A stretch of 63,824 nucleotides of DNA, counting the filler, from Octopus bimaculoides (taxonomy: Eukaryota), in the NCBI RefSeq assembly GCF_001194135.2. It is 6 parts of 6 records of this genome, joined end to end, with 100 filler letters (N's around TTAATTAATTAA, not from the genome) between each part and the next. Parts side by side here need not be neighbours in the genome. Positions count along the whole stretch, not along the records: positions 1 to 16,389 come from NC_068988.1; 5 more parts are not named here. One strand, written 5' to 3'. The first letter of the stretch is position 1. Every line of letters starts with the position of its first letter. This document shows, piece by piece, positions 1-11,155 of this stretch. The notes below the pieces were generated by a model that had not been told where the DNA came from, did not search any database, and worked only from the letters and a program-made list of their open reading frames with translations. A program made the translations under genes and the position numbers.

Positions 1-51
<51 letters not shown>

Positions 52-239
52 TATATATGTATGTGTGTGTGTGTGTGTGCGTGTGCGTGTGTGCATGTGT
101 ATGTATCTATCTATCTATATATATTTCTGTGTAAGTGGATGTATGCATTTTTTTGTGTGTGTGTGTATATGTACGTACATGCATACATACATATATATAT
201 ACATATATGTGTGTGTGTGTGTGTGTATGTACATACATG

Positions 240-293
<54 letters not shown>
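1..293. repeat. (TA)n/(TG)n compound microsatellite running into an N gap
   Basis: Direct sequence. Confidence 0.97.
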
Positions 294-899
294 NNNNNNN
301 NNNNNNNNNNNNNNNNNNNNNNNNNNNNNNNNNNNNNNNNNNNNNNNNNNNNNNNNNNNNNNNNNNNNNNNNNNNNNNNNNNNNNNNNNNNNNNNNNNNN
401 NNNNNNNNNNNNNNNNNNNNNNNNNNNNNNNNNNNNNNNNNNNNNNNNNNNNNNNNNNNNNNNNNNNNNNNNNNNNNNNNNNNNNNNNNNNNNNNNNNNN
501 NNNNNNNNNNNNNNNNNNNNNNNNNNNNNNNNNNNNNNNNNNNNNNNNNNNNNNNNNNNNNNNNNNNNNNNNNNNNNNNNNNNNNNNCATACATATATGC
601 ACACACATACACATACACACACATATACACACGCTTACACTCTGCCACACGCATACGAACTCACATACACACACATATGTCAACCTGTCTTTCCATTATT
701 ACCGAAATATGACGGGAAAAAAAAACGCGCACGCGCTTTTTGTGAACAAAGAGACGCAGTATTCAAAATTAATCTTGAAAGATGTCAGCGTCTAGTCTAA
801 CTTTGTCGATATTCGATATAACAGTTATACGACATTAAAATAGCAGGTGGAATGTTGTGTCGGAGGGTATTTATTTATCTGTCTTTCTTTTATCTGTTT

Positions 900-1058
900 G
901 TTTATGAAGTTTTATTTTCGTGAGGGAAGTTGGAAGGTGGAGTAAGATATGAGGTGAAGGAGGAGGGAAAGATAAAAGAAAGGAGATCTGTGAAGAGAGA
1001 CTGTTGACGTCAGGGAGAATGAGAGACGGAAAATAATAAACACAAAGAGGGAGAAAGT

Positions 1059-1103
<45 letters not shown>

Positions 1104-1174
1104 GGAGGGAGACGAAAGACGGTGAGAGAGTTGGAGAGAAGGAGAGAATGGAAGATAATCAGAAGAGAAGATAA

Positions 1175-1215
<41 letters not shown>

Positions 1216-1383
1216 GGGAGAGATATGGAGAGAAAAGAGAGACAGGGAATGAAATAGCGAGAGAGGGGGAAGGAGGAGGAGAGAGTTGGAGAGGTAAGAG
1301 AGAGAGGAGAGGTAAGAGAAAGAGGAGAGAGATGTGGGATGGAGAAAGATGAGAAAGAATAAAGAGAATCGGAAGATAAAGAA

Positions 1384-1432
<49 letters not shown>

Positions 1433-1769
1433 GAGAGAGAGGGAGTGAAAGGGAGAGAGAGGGAGTGAAAGGGAGAGAGAGATAGAGAGAGAGATAGAGA
1501 GAGCTACAGTGAGTAAGAGAGAGGGAGTGAAAGGGAGCAAGAGGGAGAGAGAGAGAGAGAGGGAGTGAGAGGGTGAAAGAGAGACGGAGAAAGAGGCAGT
1601 GAAGAGAGAGAGAGAGAGATATAAAGAGAAACTGAATTTATGAGAGATGCATGAAGTAGTATAATGCTTGTCAACAATAGTGACCGAAAAGAGTGTGGGT
1701 GGGAGGAAGAGAGGATAGAAAGAAAAAAGGAGAAGGTTCTACGAAAACTTTTAGAATAATAGCCATGGA

Positions 1770-1809
<40 letters not shown>

Positions 1810-1988
1810 GAGAGAGAAAGAAAGAGAGACAAAGAGATGGAGAGAGAGAAAGGGAGTGGGAGAGAGAGAGAGAACTTTTAAAGAAGAGAGAATGAGTTAA
1901 AATAGAAGACGCTAATAAAGAGATTTTATTGACTTCAGCAAATTGGCGGTTGTTAAAGAGAAGAAGGGAAGAAAGAAAGAGAGAAGGC

Positions 1989-2021
<33 letters not shown>

Positions 2022-2150
2022 AACGATGGGGAAAAAGAGAAGAAAAGAAAGAAAAAGTGAAGAGCTCTCAGCGATTATGATGATACTAAAGGATAAAAGG
2101 AGTCGGGGCGGGATAGGAAGATGAAACGCAGTTAAGATGATAGCAAAGAG
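900..2150 (+). repeat. ~1.2 kb polypurine (GA/GGA-rich) tract
   Basis: Plus strand almost all A/G with several (GA)n runs and a GGGAGTGAAAGGGAGAGAGA subunit repeated near 1441-1480 and 1523-1540. Confidence 0.95.
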
Positions 2151-2511
2151 CAATTGAACAATTGAAGTCGTCTGGAAGGTAGAAGATGTCGGTCAGCAAA
2201 ATAAATGGATATAAAGATGGATATATAGATAAAGTTCAGAAAGTAATGCAAAATGAACAAAAATTCCACGAGCAAAATGTAAGAATTCGTTATGTAATGG
2301 ATTAATAAATCAATTCAGAACATGAATATGTAAAGCTTCTCTATGAAAGCAGGTTTTAAAAAGAAAGTACGTATCTCTATAATTTGTTTACGGCTAAACG
2401 AGTGAGATCGACATCCTAAATACATTTATGTACATACATATGAATCAGGCGCCATATTACATAAGTAAAAGTAGTCATCTTGTTGCATTGGAATTCTAAT
2501 AATATCGAAAG

Positions 2512-2728
2512 CAAAGCGACCAGCTGCCAGAGTCGTTAGCATGCCAGGAGAAATACTTAGCGGCATTTAGTCCGTCTTCCCGTTCTGAGTTCAAATTCCA
2601 CCGAGGTCGACTTTGTCTTCTTTTTCTTTTCGGGGTCGGTAAAATTAAGTACCAGTTGAATACTGGGGTCGATGTAATAGATTTACACCCTCTCCTAACA
2701 TTGCTGGCCTTGTGCCAAAATTCGAAAT
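2512..2728 (+). mobile_element. tRNA-derived SINE family A, near full length, diverged
   Basis: A-box-like CTGCCAGAGTCG, B-box GAGTTCAAATTCC, body CGAGGTCGACTTTG...AAGTACCAGTTG...GGGGTCGAT, tail GCCTTGTGCC; aligns with copies at 10839-11042 and 40947-41115. Confidence 0.9.
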
Positions 2729-2779
2729 CTGTAACATACATACCAACAGTGTCTAACTTCCACATCAAGGTTCCTTCTA

Positions 2780-3170
2780 TCTATTCCATTGACACCAAAC
2801 CCACCTGCCACTTCTTTTAATTTCCCAGGGTTCGTGTAATCTGTAACAGAGACTACGACTCCAGAGACTACACCAAATGCGTCACTTCATGCTAGGGAAG
2901 ATTCCGGACCCGCCGAGAATACAACCTTCTATCGAATCCCTACTATCAACCGTATCTCGAACCTTTTTTCTAACTCGCGTCCGCTCTTCCGCTGCACTCT
3001 CTTCCCCAGTGCATCAAGATCTGTAATATCTAACGTGTCATTGCTATCTAAAAACTCTCCGATGTGCGAGTTTAGGGAGTTTTGGCTTTTGTTTCTAGCA
3101 ATCAAAGCAAAAGTGTAGAGGTCCGCTTGTTGAGTCTGATGTGGCCACGTAGTCTCAGTAGAGACAAACA
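2780..3170 (-). mobile_element. Possible heavily decayed non-LTR (RTE-like) coding remnant
   Basis: GC-richer coding-like tract; minus frames give weak echoes of RTE post-RT motifs (EERTRVRKKVRD vs TARVRCAWKKFRE); not convincing without a search. Confidence 0.2.
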
Positions 3171-3302
3171 AGGTTGAACAGTTACTGCTCCCTTGTCATC
3201 GGTTGTTTAACGTCCAGGTTAACCGTGATTATGAAACTTGTTATCAAATGCATAGCAGCTATGTCCAATGTAGCCTTTCTTTCTAGACAACGGAATACAA
3301 TT

Positions 3303-3332
3303 AAGGGATATTTAGCTGTTATTTCTAGCAGG
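3303..3332 (+). repeat. Fragment of an unclassified dispersed repeat (second copy 52111-52140)
   Basis: AAGGGATATTTAGCTGTTATTTCTAGCAGG vs AAGGGAGATTTGGCTGCAATTTCTAGCAAG, 25/30 identical. Confidence 0.65.
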
Positions 3333-3574
3333 TAGAACAACTGCATGGATGATCTCACATTGCATTATTCATTTTACTTCTCTTGTGTTGCTGATACTCT
3401 TAGGAAAGACATAAACATCTCAACATCCCATTTTCTCTCTCTTAGAATATAGACAGGATACACTACTCGCTAAAAAGTATTCTGCATTCTGTCCTTCACG
3501 GACATACATACAAATACACACACACACACGCGCATACAGACACATACAAACAGACAAGTACAGACTGACACACA

Positions 3575-3585
3575 TACACACACAT

Positions 3586-3667
<82 letters not shown>

Positions 3668-3668
3668 A
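3575..3668. repeat. (CA)n microsatellite
   Basis: Direct sequence. Confidence 0.97.
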
Positions 3669-3853
3669 CACTAAATAGAATCTTTGGTTAGAAACCATAA
3701 AGCAATCAGGCGAATGATCCGATATTGTTAAAAAATATCCTTCGATTACTTAACTTTGAATAATATATATGTATTGATTTTGAACAAACCTATTTTTGTA
3801 ATTTGCAGTTATTTTGGCTGTCTTACAAATAACATCATCAATTTATTATTTAG

Positions 3854-4146
3854 ATGATGCAATGTGTTCGGAAGCAAATACACATCGACAACTGGTTCTC
3901 ATATTTTTCAGTTTCAAATTATTCTCCTTCGAGAAGATTCGATATCAATATTGCAACCATTAAACTTAAACATCAATGTTCATCTCCGTGCATTGATGAA
4001 AAGGAGAGAAACGTACTTTTCCTTCTCGAAGAACAGAACATCAATAAAAGATTGCGAGTTGCTAGAAGTGGTAAGAAGTCAGTTCTATTCAGCTGGATAA
4101 TAGGATCAACATCTTATCCATTTGATCACAATTATTCATCTTTTCA
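3854..4146 (+). CDS. Candidate exon of an unknown protein (alternatively a piggyBac-like remnant)
   Basis: Stop-free 97-codon frame ending at a consensus donor CA|GTGAGT (phase 2); alternative acceptor at 3911/3912 and alternative donor G|GTAAGA at 4070. Confidence 0.3.
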
Positions 4147-4424
4147 GTGAGTCCTGTAACAGTGTTTGTTTGCTGCTCACTACTGAAGAAATGGTGCTCA
4201 TGTTGAAATTCTAGGGAAGATTACACGGAAGTGGTTCCCTCCTAGCTTGATGATTACTTGGTCCTTAAACACGAAGTTTGTGTTATTGTTTATATATAAA
4301 TTCTTAGTCTAAGACATGACAATAGGAAAAAAAATGTTTCATGAACATGGACATAAAGAGCACATTTTGGCATCAAAATCAAATGATAGTATTTGACTAA
4401 CAGAAACTGATGTGTCGTGTTCAG

Positions 4425-4497
4425 ATTTCAAACAAATACGTGCGGTTCTTCAGCAACACAATGTTTTGATGGTTTACCACAGCCCTCTGGAGTAAAG
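4425..4497 (+). CDS. Candidate exon (FQTNTCGSSATQCFDGLPQPSGVK)
   Basis: Branch-point-like TGACTAAC 4394-4401, acceptor TTCAG|, phase 2 start matches 4146; donors GGA|GTAAAG (4491) or AAG|GTGAAG (4497), both phase 0. Confidence 0.35.
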
Positions 4498-4637
4498 GTG
4501 AAGGAACACGAAATTTCTACGGCAACATTTGATTTGCATGTAGTATATTTGAGCTACATGAGAAGTGAATTGCCAGGACAAGATGGAAACCTTCTGCTCA
4601 GAATCCTGCTAAGCGAAAAATGAAAAAAAATGTTTAG

Positions 4638-4805
4638 TAAAGATGGCGACTAATTGGCAGAATCGTTGGACCGCTGGACGAAATGCTCTGCAGTATTTTT
4701 CTGGCTCTGAATTCAAACTCTGCCGAATTCAATTTTGGTAGAATTGCCTGAATGTTGAACAAAATGCTTAGTAGCATTTGTTCGGATTCTTTAGATTCTG
4801 AGTTT
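4638..4805 (+). mobile_element. Two tandem partial SINE-A heads
   Basis: TTGGCAGAATCGTT...GACGAAATGCT...CTGAATTCAAACTCTGCCGA followed by a second AAAATGCTTAG...TTCTGAGTT. Confidence 0.6.
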
Positions 4806-4809
4806 CCAG

Positions 4810-4909
4810 ACCGGTGTGACAAACAGGTGTGCATCTAGCCAAGATGGTGTCTTGCTAAAAATATCCAATGGAAGGCAACAGAATATCACTTTTGTCAACG
4901 CGTCACACG
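4810..4909 (+). CDS. Candidate exon (TGVTNRCASSQDGVLLKISNGRQQNITFVNASH)
   Basis: Acceptor TTTCCAG|, open frame phase 0 to 1, two N-glycosylation sequons; weak donor G|GTTATA. Confidence 0.3.
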
Positions 4910-5015
4910 GTTATATTTTCTTGCTTCTATGCATCATGTATGCTACGCATTCCCAATTGTTTTCATCCACCGGAATAAATTTGGACTAATAAATGGCAAG
5001 CTTTATGTTATTCAG

Positions 5016-5102
5016 AACGTGTGAAACATGAGCTAACTAAAAGACAGAAACAATCATGGACATTTAGAACGAATAAAATGCTTTGGACAAACAAAGAGTT
5101 AA
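5016..5102 (+). CDS. Candidate exon (ERVKHELTKRQKQSWTFRTNKMLWTNKEL)
   Basis: 106-nt putative intron with GACTAAT at 4984-4990 and TTATTCAG|; phase 1 matches 4909; 3' end ambiguous (5097, 5102 or stop at 5108-5110). Confidence 0.3.
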
Positions 5103-5452
5103 GTATATAAGAGGTCGGTTTCTTTAACATTAAATAATCAAGAAAATTTCTCTTGGACAATATACTACAATTTTGTTGTTAACTTTCCTCAAATGGCCAG
5201 ATGAACTGAGACATTAATCCTTTCCTCTATAGACACAGTGAACAGATGTAAAACAGATATCTGCTCATCAGTTTTGAAAGTGTAGCTTAACAAGCAACTA
5301 ACTTAGATATTTTATATTGAGTATACACCATTAAATTTTCTAATTATTGATGATAAAAAAAAGAAGCAATTTTCAACTAACAAAATATGTAATCGACAGG
5401 AAAAAAAATTCAATTTTCGTTTTTAACTATAAAGATTTATATCTCATTTCAG

Positions 5453-5486
5453 ATATGTTATTGAGACACGCTGCTTTCGTTTCAGG
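5453..5486 (+). CDS. Candidate 34-nt exon
   Basis: Acceptor TCTCATTTCAG| and donor AGG|GTAAAC; open in two frames. Confidence 0.25.
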
Positions 5487-5961
5487 GTAAACATGCAGGG
5501 CCGTAATCTATAAAGTGTGATATATTAATTAATTATGGTGTAAATATGATGTATTAATTAAATTATGTTGTAAGTGAAATATATTAATGAGGATAAAGTT
5601 GGTTTCAATTTCCATTTTTTTAATATCTTAATTTTTTTCTTTCTTTTTTGAAAAGTTCTAATACAGATATGTGTATATGCATGTGTGTTTGTTTTTCTGT
5701 TATATATACGTACTATTCCATACATTTTTGCGTATACGTGTATATATTATGCGCTTGCTATATGAAGTTTAATATAATGAAATGTGCTTACGTTATCTGA
5801 CCAAGGGAAATTGTGTATGTAGCAGTAGTGTTGTGCAAATGAAGCGCGCGAGTATGGAACGTATTACGTTGTGTGAGTTGTAATGTATGATGTGCTTGTG
5901 TGTTTATGTCTGTGCAAGACAGAGTTGAGTCAATATTATTTACAAACAAACTCATAAATTA

Positions 5962-6015
<54 letters not shown>

Positions 6016-7762
6016 GTATATATATAGACGTAAATATATTTTCACACGTATATACATATATATATATGGATATACACACTCACATATATATATACACGTA
6101 TATACATATATATATACACACACAAACGTATATGTAAGTATGCATGTATCCGCCTATCTATTTAAAGCCAGTATTTATATATATATATATATATATTGTG
6201 CATTATGCACACACACACACACACACACACAGACGCACACACACACACATACATACACGTATGACACAGACACACACAGACACACGTATATGTATGTATC
6301 TATCTATCTATTTAAAGAGTGTATTATATACACATATTGTGTATTATACACATACGCACACACACACACACACATACGCGTTTATGTATGAATGTATCTA
6401 TGTAAAGCCAGTATCACATATATATATATATTGTGTATTATATATATATATACATATATATATATANNNNNNNNNNNNNNNNNNNNNNNNNNNNNNNNNN
6501 NNNNNNNNNNNNNNNNNNNNNNNNNNNNNNNNNNNNNNNNNNNNNNNNNNNNNNNNNNNNNNNNNNNNNNNNNNNNNNNNNNNNNNNNNNNNNNNNNNNN
6601 NNNNNNNNNNNNNNNNNNNNNNNNNNNNNNNNNNNNNNNNNNNNNNNNNNNNNNNNNNNNNNNNNNNNNNNNNNNNNNNNNNNNNNNNNNNNNNNNNNNN
6701 NNNNNNNNNNNNNNNNNNNNNNNNNNNNNNNNNNNNNNNNNNNNNNNNNNNNNNNNNNNNNNNNNNNNNNNNNNNNNNNNNNNNNNNNNNNNNNNTATAT
6801 ATATATATATGTATGTATATATATGCATATTCAAATATATAATTCATAAACGCATTCACCCAAGTATGCACACACACACACACACACATACACACATATA
6901 TATACATGCATACATATGTATATATAATATATTATATATATTTGTCTGTATATATATATAGCAAATAAAAGCACAATGAAAAAAAAGTTTTTACAAAATA
7001 TTATATTATTCGTTGGTAGGAATCTTCCGTGACACTAAAATTCCTTGATCTCTGTCCAACAGTTATAACAACTGATTCACCACTTCACACGACATCGAAT
7101 GAACAAACAAATATAAACAACAACAACATCACAAAGAACAACAACTACAACTACAACAAACAAAGTGACAGCAGCAGCAGCAGCAATTCAATAATGACAA
7201 TGACTGAGCCACAGAGCAACAAACACCACAAATAATTCCTTGGTCCGTTAGGAATATGTGTTTGATCTGATCGATAACTAGCTGGACTGCAAATATTAAA
7301 AGCTATGAGGCCTGTCGTTGAAACGATTCACTGACTTGTCTTCATATGCTAATGTGCACAATCAGAAACAAGCAAACAAACAGATATTTACAAACGGAGA
7401 TGGTGGCATAGTTGTGAAATCGAAGGATCTCAATAATTTTTTTGTTCGTTTAATTCAAAATTATTATTACTATTGTTTTTTAAATATTCAACGAATAACG
7501 GGATTTAAATTAAACAACAACTCTTCGATTGGCGTAATCACTAATCGTCTTCGGTTGCAATGTTTGATTCATGTTCTTGCTAGTTTTTGTGTTTGTCGAT
7601 CCGTCTGTCTGTCTGCTTACCTGTCCGTCCGTCTGTCTGTCTGTTTGTTTGCCTGTCCATTTTCTCTCTCCCCCTCCTTTCTCTCTATACATACATACAT
7701 GCGTACATACATATTTTTACTCCTTTACCCGTCTCAGCCATGCGGCTGCGGTCATGGTGGAG

Positions 7763-7841
<79 letters not shown>

Positions 7842-8217
7842 ACACCCACACACCCACACCCACACCCACACACACACACATATAAGCGATGGCTAAGTCG
7901 CACACTTGTACCAATAGCACTTAAGACGTATACTATTGACAAGTACTCGGATGATAGTACAGCTAAACAAATATGAAATCTTTGTAAAGTTGTGTGTAGT
8001 AGATAGATTTTATATAATCGGCTTCAAATCGGCTTATATTTTTTTGTGGAAGGATTTAGACAGATAGTTTAACTTTTGTTTCAAAGTATTTCTTTTCTTG
8101 TCTTTATAATCTGTTTTATTTTTTATATGCTTTTTAATCTTTATCTTAAACTTTAACTTTCATATTTATACAAGTACAATATAAATCAGTAAATAAATTG
8201 TTTACTGATGTTTACAG

Positions 8218-8369
8218 ACATTTACAGAATTACACATGCGCATACCCCAGCTCTAACGAAACGATAAATGTTACAACAATAATCAACAAGGTATCTTTGG
8301 AAAATAACAAATATGAAGAATGTTCCTGCAGAAATACGTGTAGTAAAATAGAAACGCTGTCGATATATG
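8218..8369 (+). CDS. Candidate exon, Cys- and N-glycan-rich (HLQNYTCAYPSSNETINVTTIINKVSLENNKYEECSCRNTCSKIETLSIY)
   Basis: Acceptor TGTTTACAG| (alternative 8228), donor G|GTAAAA; sequons NYT, NET, NVT; four Cys. Confidence 0.35.
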
Positions 8370-8997
8370 GTAAAACATTGTACGATGACATATGATCAAT
8401 GTTAGTTAGAAGTTCCAGGTGGTGGTGGTGGTGGTGGTGGTGGTGGTGAAGGATGTCGTCTTAAATCTTCGAAACCTAGTAACCTTCTATCGGTGAAGTT
8501 CGTCCTGTTTATGTGGTGGTTAACTTCCTAATTCCGATGATGAAGATACAAGTGTTCAATCAATCAACCGAATTATTTGCTCCTGAATTAAGGTGTAATT
8601 GGCTGAGTAATCCACAGATACGTGTACTCTTAACGTGATTTTGAAATGTCCAGAAAGTTACTGAAACCGTAAGAGAATACAAGAACAGAAGGAAGGACAA
8701 AAAAACAAGCAGATAAAAAGAAATGGAATTACATTGCCAATATAATTCCATTTCTTCCAAGAAACCGAGAATTTTGGAAGTAAAGAACGCTGGTTTTGGC
8801 GACGGTCGAGTACCTGATATGAGAAACCAAATTGCTAATTATATCCTCTTAGGAACAAGCCATTAGGACAAATCTGATACAGGCAAGGTTGACAAAACTC
8901 AGTCAGACAGCAAACACAAAATCTGTAGGAAACAGACGAGAGTAAACTATTTCTTTATTTCAAATAACGCACACACTTGATTCGACCTAAATATTTG

Positions 8998-9135
8998 ACT
9001 GGTATTCATTTTATCAATTTCCAGAGGAATGAACTGTAAAATCGACCTCTCCAATGATTGAACTAAGAACGGAAAGGAAGTGATTAAATACCACTGAGCA
9101 TTTTCATCAAGAGCGTTACTAATTCTGCCCCATCG
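8998..9135 (-). mobile_element. SINE-A, degenerate partial
   Basis: GGTATTCATTTTATC...AAAATCGACCTC...TTGAACTAAGAACG...AATTCTGCC is the reverse complement of the family-A head and body. Confidence 0.6.
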
Positions 9136-9479
9136 TTCGCTTGTATCATAACGAGTATACGCTGCCTTATATTATTGACATTGTGTAAAAAGACATTTTC
9201 TGAGCACTATTACTCGAGATAGAATTAAATCGAAAGGCTAAGAAATTGGATTGGAAATACAAAGCCATGATCTGCAGCTTAGATAAGAAGAATTAGAATT
9301 TAAATGAAAAGAAAGCATTAAATAAGAAAACCAGAAAACTACCAACAACATTTTAAACCCAATAAATACAGATCACATAAATAATACAAGCAAACACACA
9401 CGTACAAGCACGCGCGCGAACGCACAGACACACACGCCGAGGAAGAATTGCTTTATACGAGTGCATTTAAAATACATGG

Positions 9480-9590
9480 AAAACGAACTTTTTTTCGAAC
9501 AACGAAAGTAAGAAATAGAGAAACGAGACAGGCAACATAAAAACATTCCCTTCATCAGTTGTCCCCTGTTTTATCTACTCCGCGTTTCGA
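9480..9590 (-). repeat. Unclassified dispersed repeat containing CTGATGAAGGG (second copy 42231-42355, +)
   Basis: Both copies read CTGATGAAGGG..GTTTTTATGTT.CCT.TC..GTTT...TCGTTGTT. Confidence 0.55.
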
Positions 9591-9616
9591 GTATACATAA
9601 ATTCTTTGTATATCAA

Positions 9617-9673
9617 GGTGGTGCCCCAGCATGGCCGCAGCCTAATGACTGAAACAAGTAAAAGGTAAAAGAT
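9617..9673 (+). mobile_element. Isolated 3' tail of SINE-B or its partner LINE
   Basis: GGTGGTGCCCCAGCATGGCCGCAG-CCTAATGACTG-AAACAAGTAAAAGGTAAAAGA. Confidence 0.85.
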
Positions 9674-10189
9674 TTAGAAACGATTATATATAAAACAGAA
9701 TCTAAGTATATTAAAGAAAAACATCTTCACGCAGACGTAAAAGACAAGGTAAGTTCAACGGACAAAATCTAAGGAATTTCGTAATATACCGAGAAAAAAC
9801 AGAGTGAGTGAGAAAATCTTTATGGTAAGTATCCAGCAAAATAAAAAATATGTATAAAAAGTGAAGCAATAGGAGAATAAACAATAATATACAAGTTCCT
9901 AATAGATCTAAAACGAAGGATTGAAATTGGCACAAGATCAATGCCTGACCACAGAAATGAAGTACAGTAGCAAGACGTTAATGAATATTCCATGATATGT
10001 TATTCACATCCTGTAAAGAAAAAAGAAATTGAAACGAGGCTGTACATTGAGTGTAAAGATGAAATTTATTCTCAATTACATTTATCAGGCAATATGCCGA
10101 CATCTCTTCCAGAAACCAAAATGTAAAAAATAGGTAAATATGTATTATACATATACATCAAAATCAGTTTACATTTTTGATCTTTTATC

Positions 10190-10735
10190 TTTCAACTTTA
10201 TATTACACTAGTTTCAGTGATTGGACTGCGGCCTTGCTGGGGCACAGCCTTGAAGGGTTTAGACTAGTGGTTTTCAACCATTTTTTAATCTATGAACCCC
10301 TTTGATTACTATTCTGTTCTGGTGGGCCCCCATAGCCATTCTATGTTCAAAAACTTGTATTTATATATTGCTTTCAAATTTCCTTTTTTGGTTATCACAC
10401 ATTCACTTGCATTGTTTGAATTATCTAAAACGTGAGAGGAAAAAATACCTAGCTGTTTCTTGCACTAAACTGATTTGAAGCAAAATTTTTTCATGAATCC
10501 TTAACATACGATCATGGATCCCCGAACCCCACAAATCTTATATGCAGCCTCAGGGGTGATATTAGCCCCGATTGAGAATCACTGTATCTACCCCAGTATT
10601 TACCTTTTAGTCTTTTGCTGATAAAGCGACAAATATTGGTTTGTTGGTAAAAAGACCAACGAATAAACCAACTCCAGTTATCAGGCGGTGGTGGAAGACA
10701 ACTGCCACACAAACATAGACATACATACAAACAAA
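10190..10735 (-). mobile_element. SINE-B 3' half interrupted by a hAT MITE
   Basis: Tail (TAGTTTCAGTGATTGGACTGCGGCCTTGCTGGGGCAC) left of the MITE; body (ACCCCAGTATTT...TCTTTTGC...ACAAACATAGAC) resumes right of it. Confidence 0.7.
10265..10584. mobile_element. Non-autonomous hAT (Charlie-type) MITE
   Basis: Terminal inverted repeats TAGTGGTTTTCAACC (10265-10279) and GATTGAGAATCACTG (10570-10584) resemble CAGTGGTTCTCAACC-type hAT ends; 8-bp TSD not preserved. Confidence 0.75.
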
Positions 10736-10838
10736 AATACCCTGTTGTTGATGTTGAAATTCCAGTTTGGTTTTTGCAGACAAAAAGGTATGGAAAAGGA
10801 TTTAACAACAGAAATAGGTTACAAGAAGTACAAATAAT

Positions 10839-11042
10839 CCTTTCTACTATAGACACAAGTCCCGGAAATTTGGGCGAGGAGGCCAGTCGATTAGATCGAC
10901 TCCATTACGCAACTGGTACTTAATTTATCGAACCCGAAAGGATAAATCAACCTCGACGGAATTTGAACTCAGGACGTAAAGACAGACGAAATACTGTTAA
11001 GCATTTCGCCCGGCGTGCTGACGATTCTGCCAGTTCGCCGCC
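10839..11042 (-). mobile_element. SINE-A, full length, with 20-bp target-site duplication
   Basis: Head GGCGGCGAACTGGCAGAATCG, B-box GAGTTCAAATTCC; flanks 10819-10838 and 11043-11062 are 19/20 identical. Confidence 0.93.
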
Positions 11043-11089
11043 TTACAAGAGGTACAAATAATATTACGAACATTTAGTACCTTGTGTAC

Positions 11090-11155
<66 letters not shown>

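Noticed and set aside
61-800. Long ORFs of YI/CV/HT dipeptides and X runs (here and at most gaps)
   Set aside because: They are translations of TA/TG/CA microsatellites and Ns, open in all frames, with no coding signal.
2512-2600. tRNA genes suggested by A/B boxes in SINE heads
   Set aside because: No full cloverleaf or acceptor stem; the boxes continue into SINE bodies repeated across the window.
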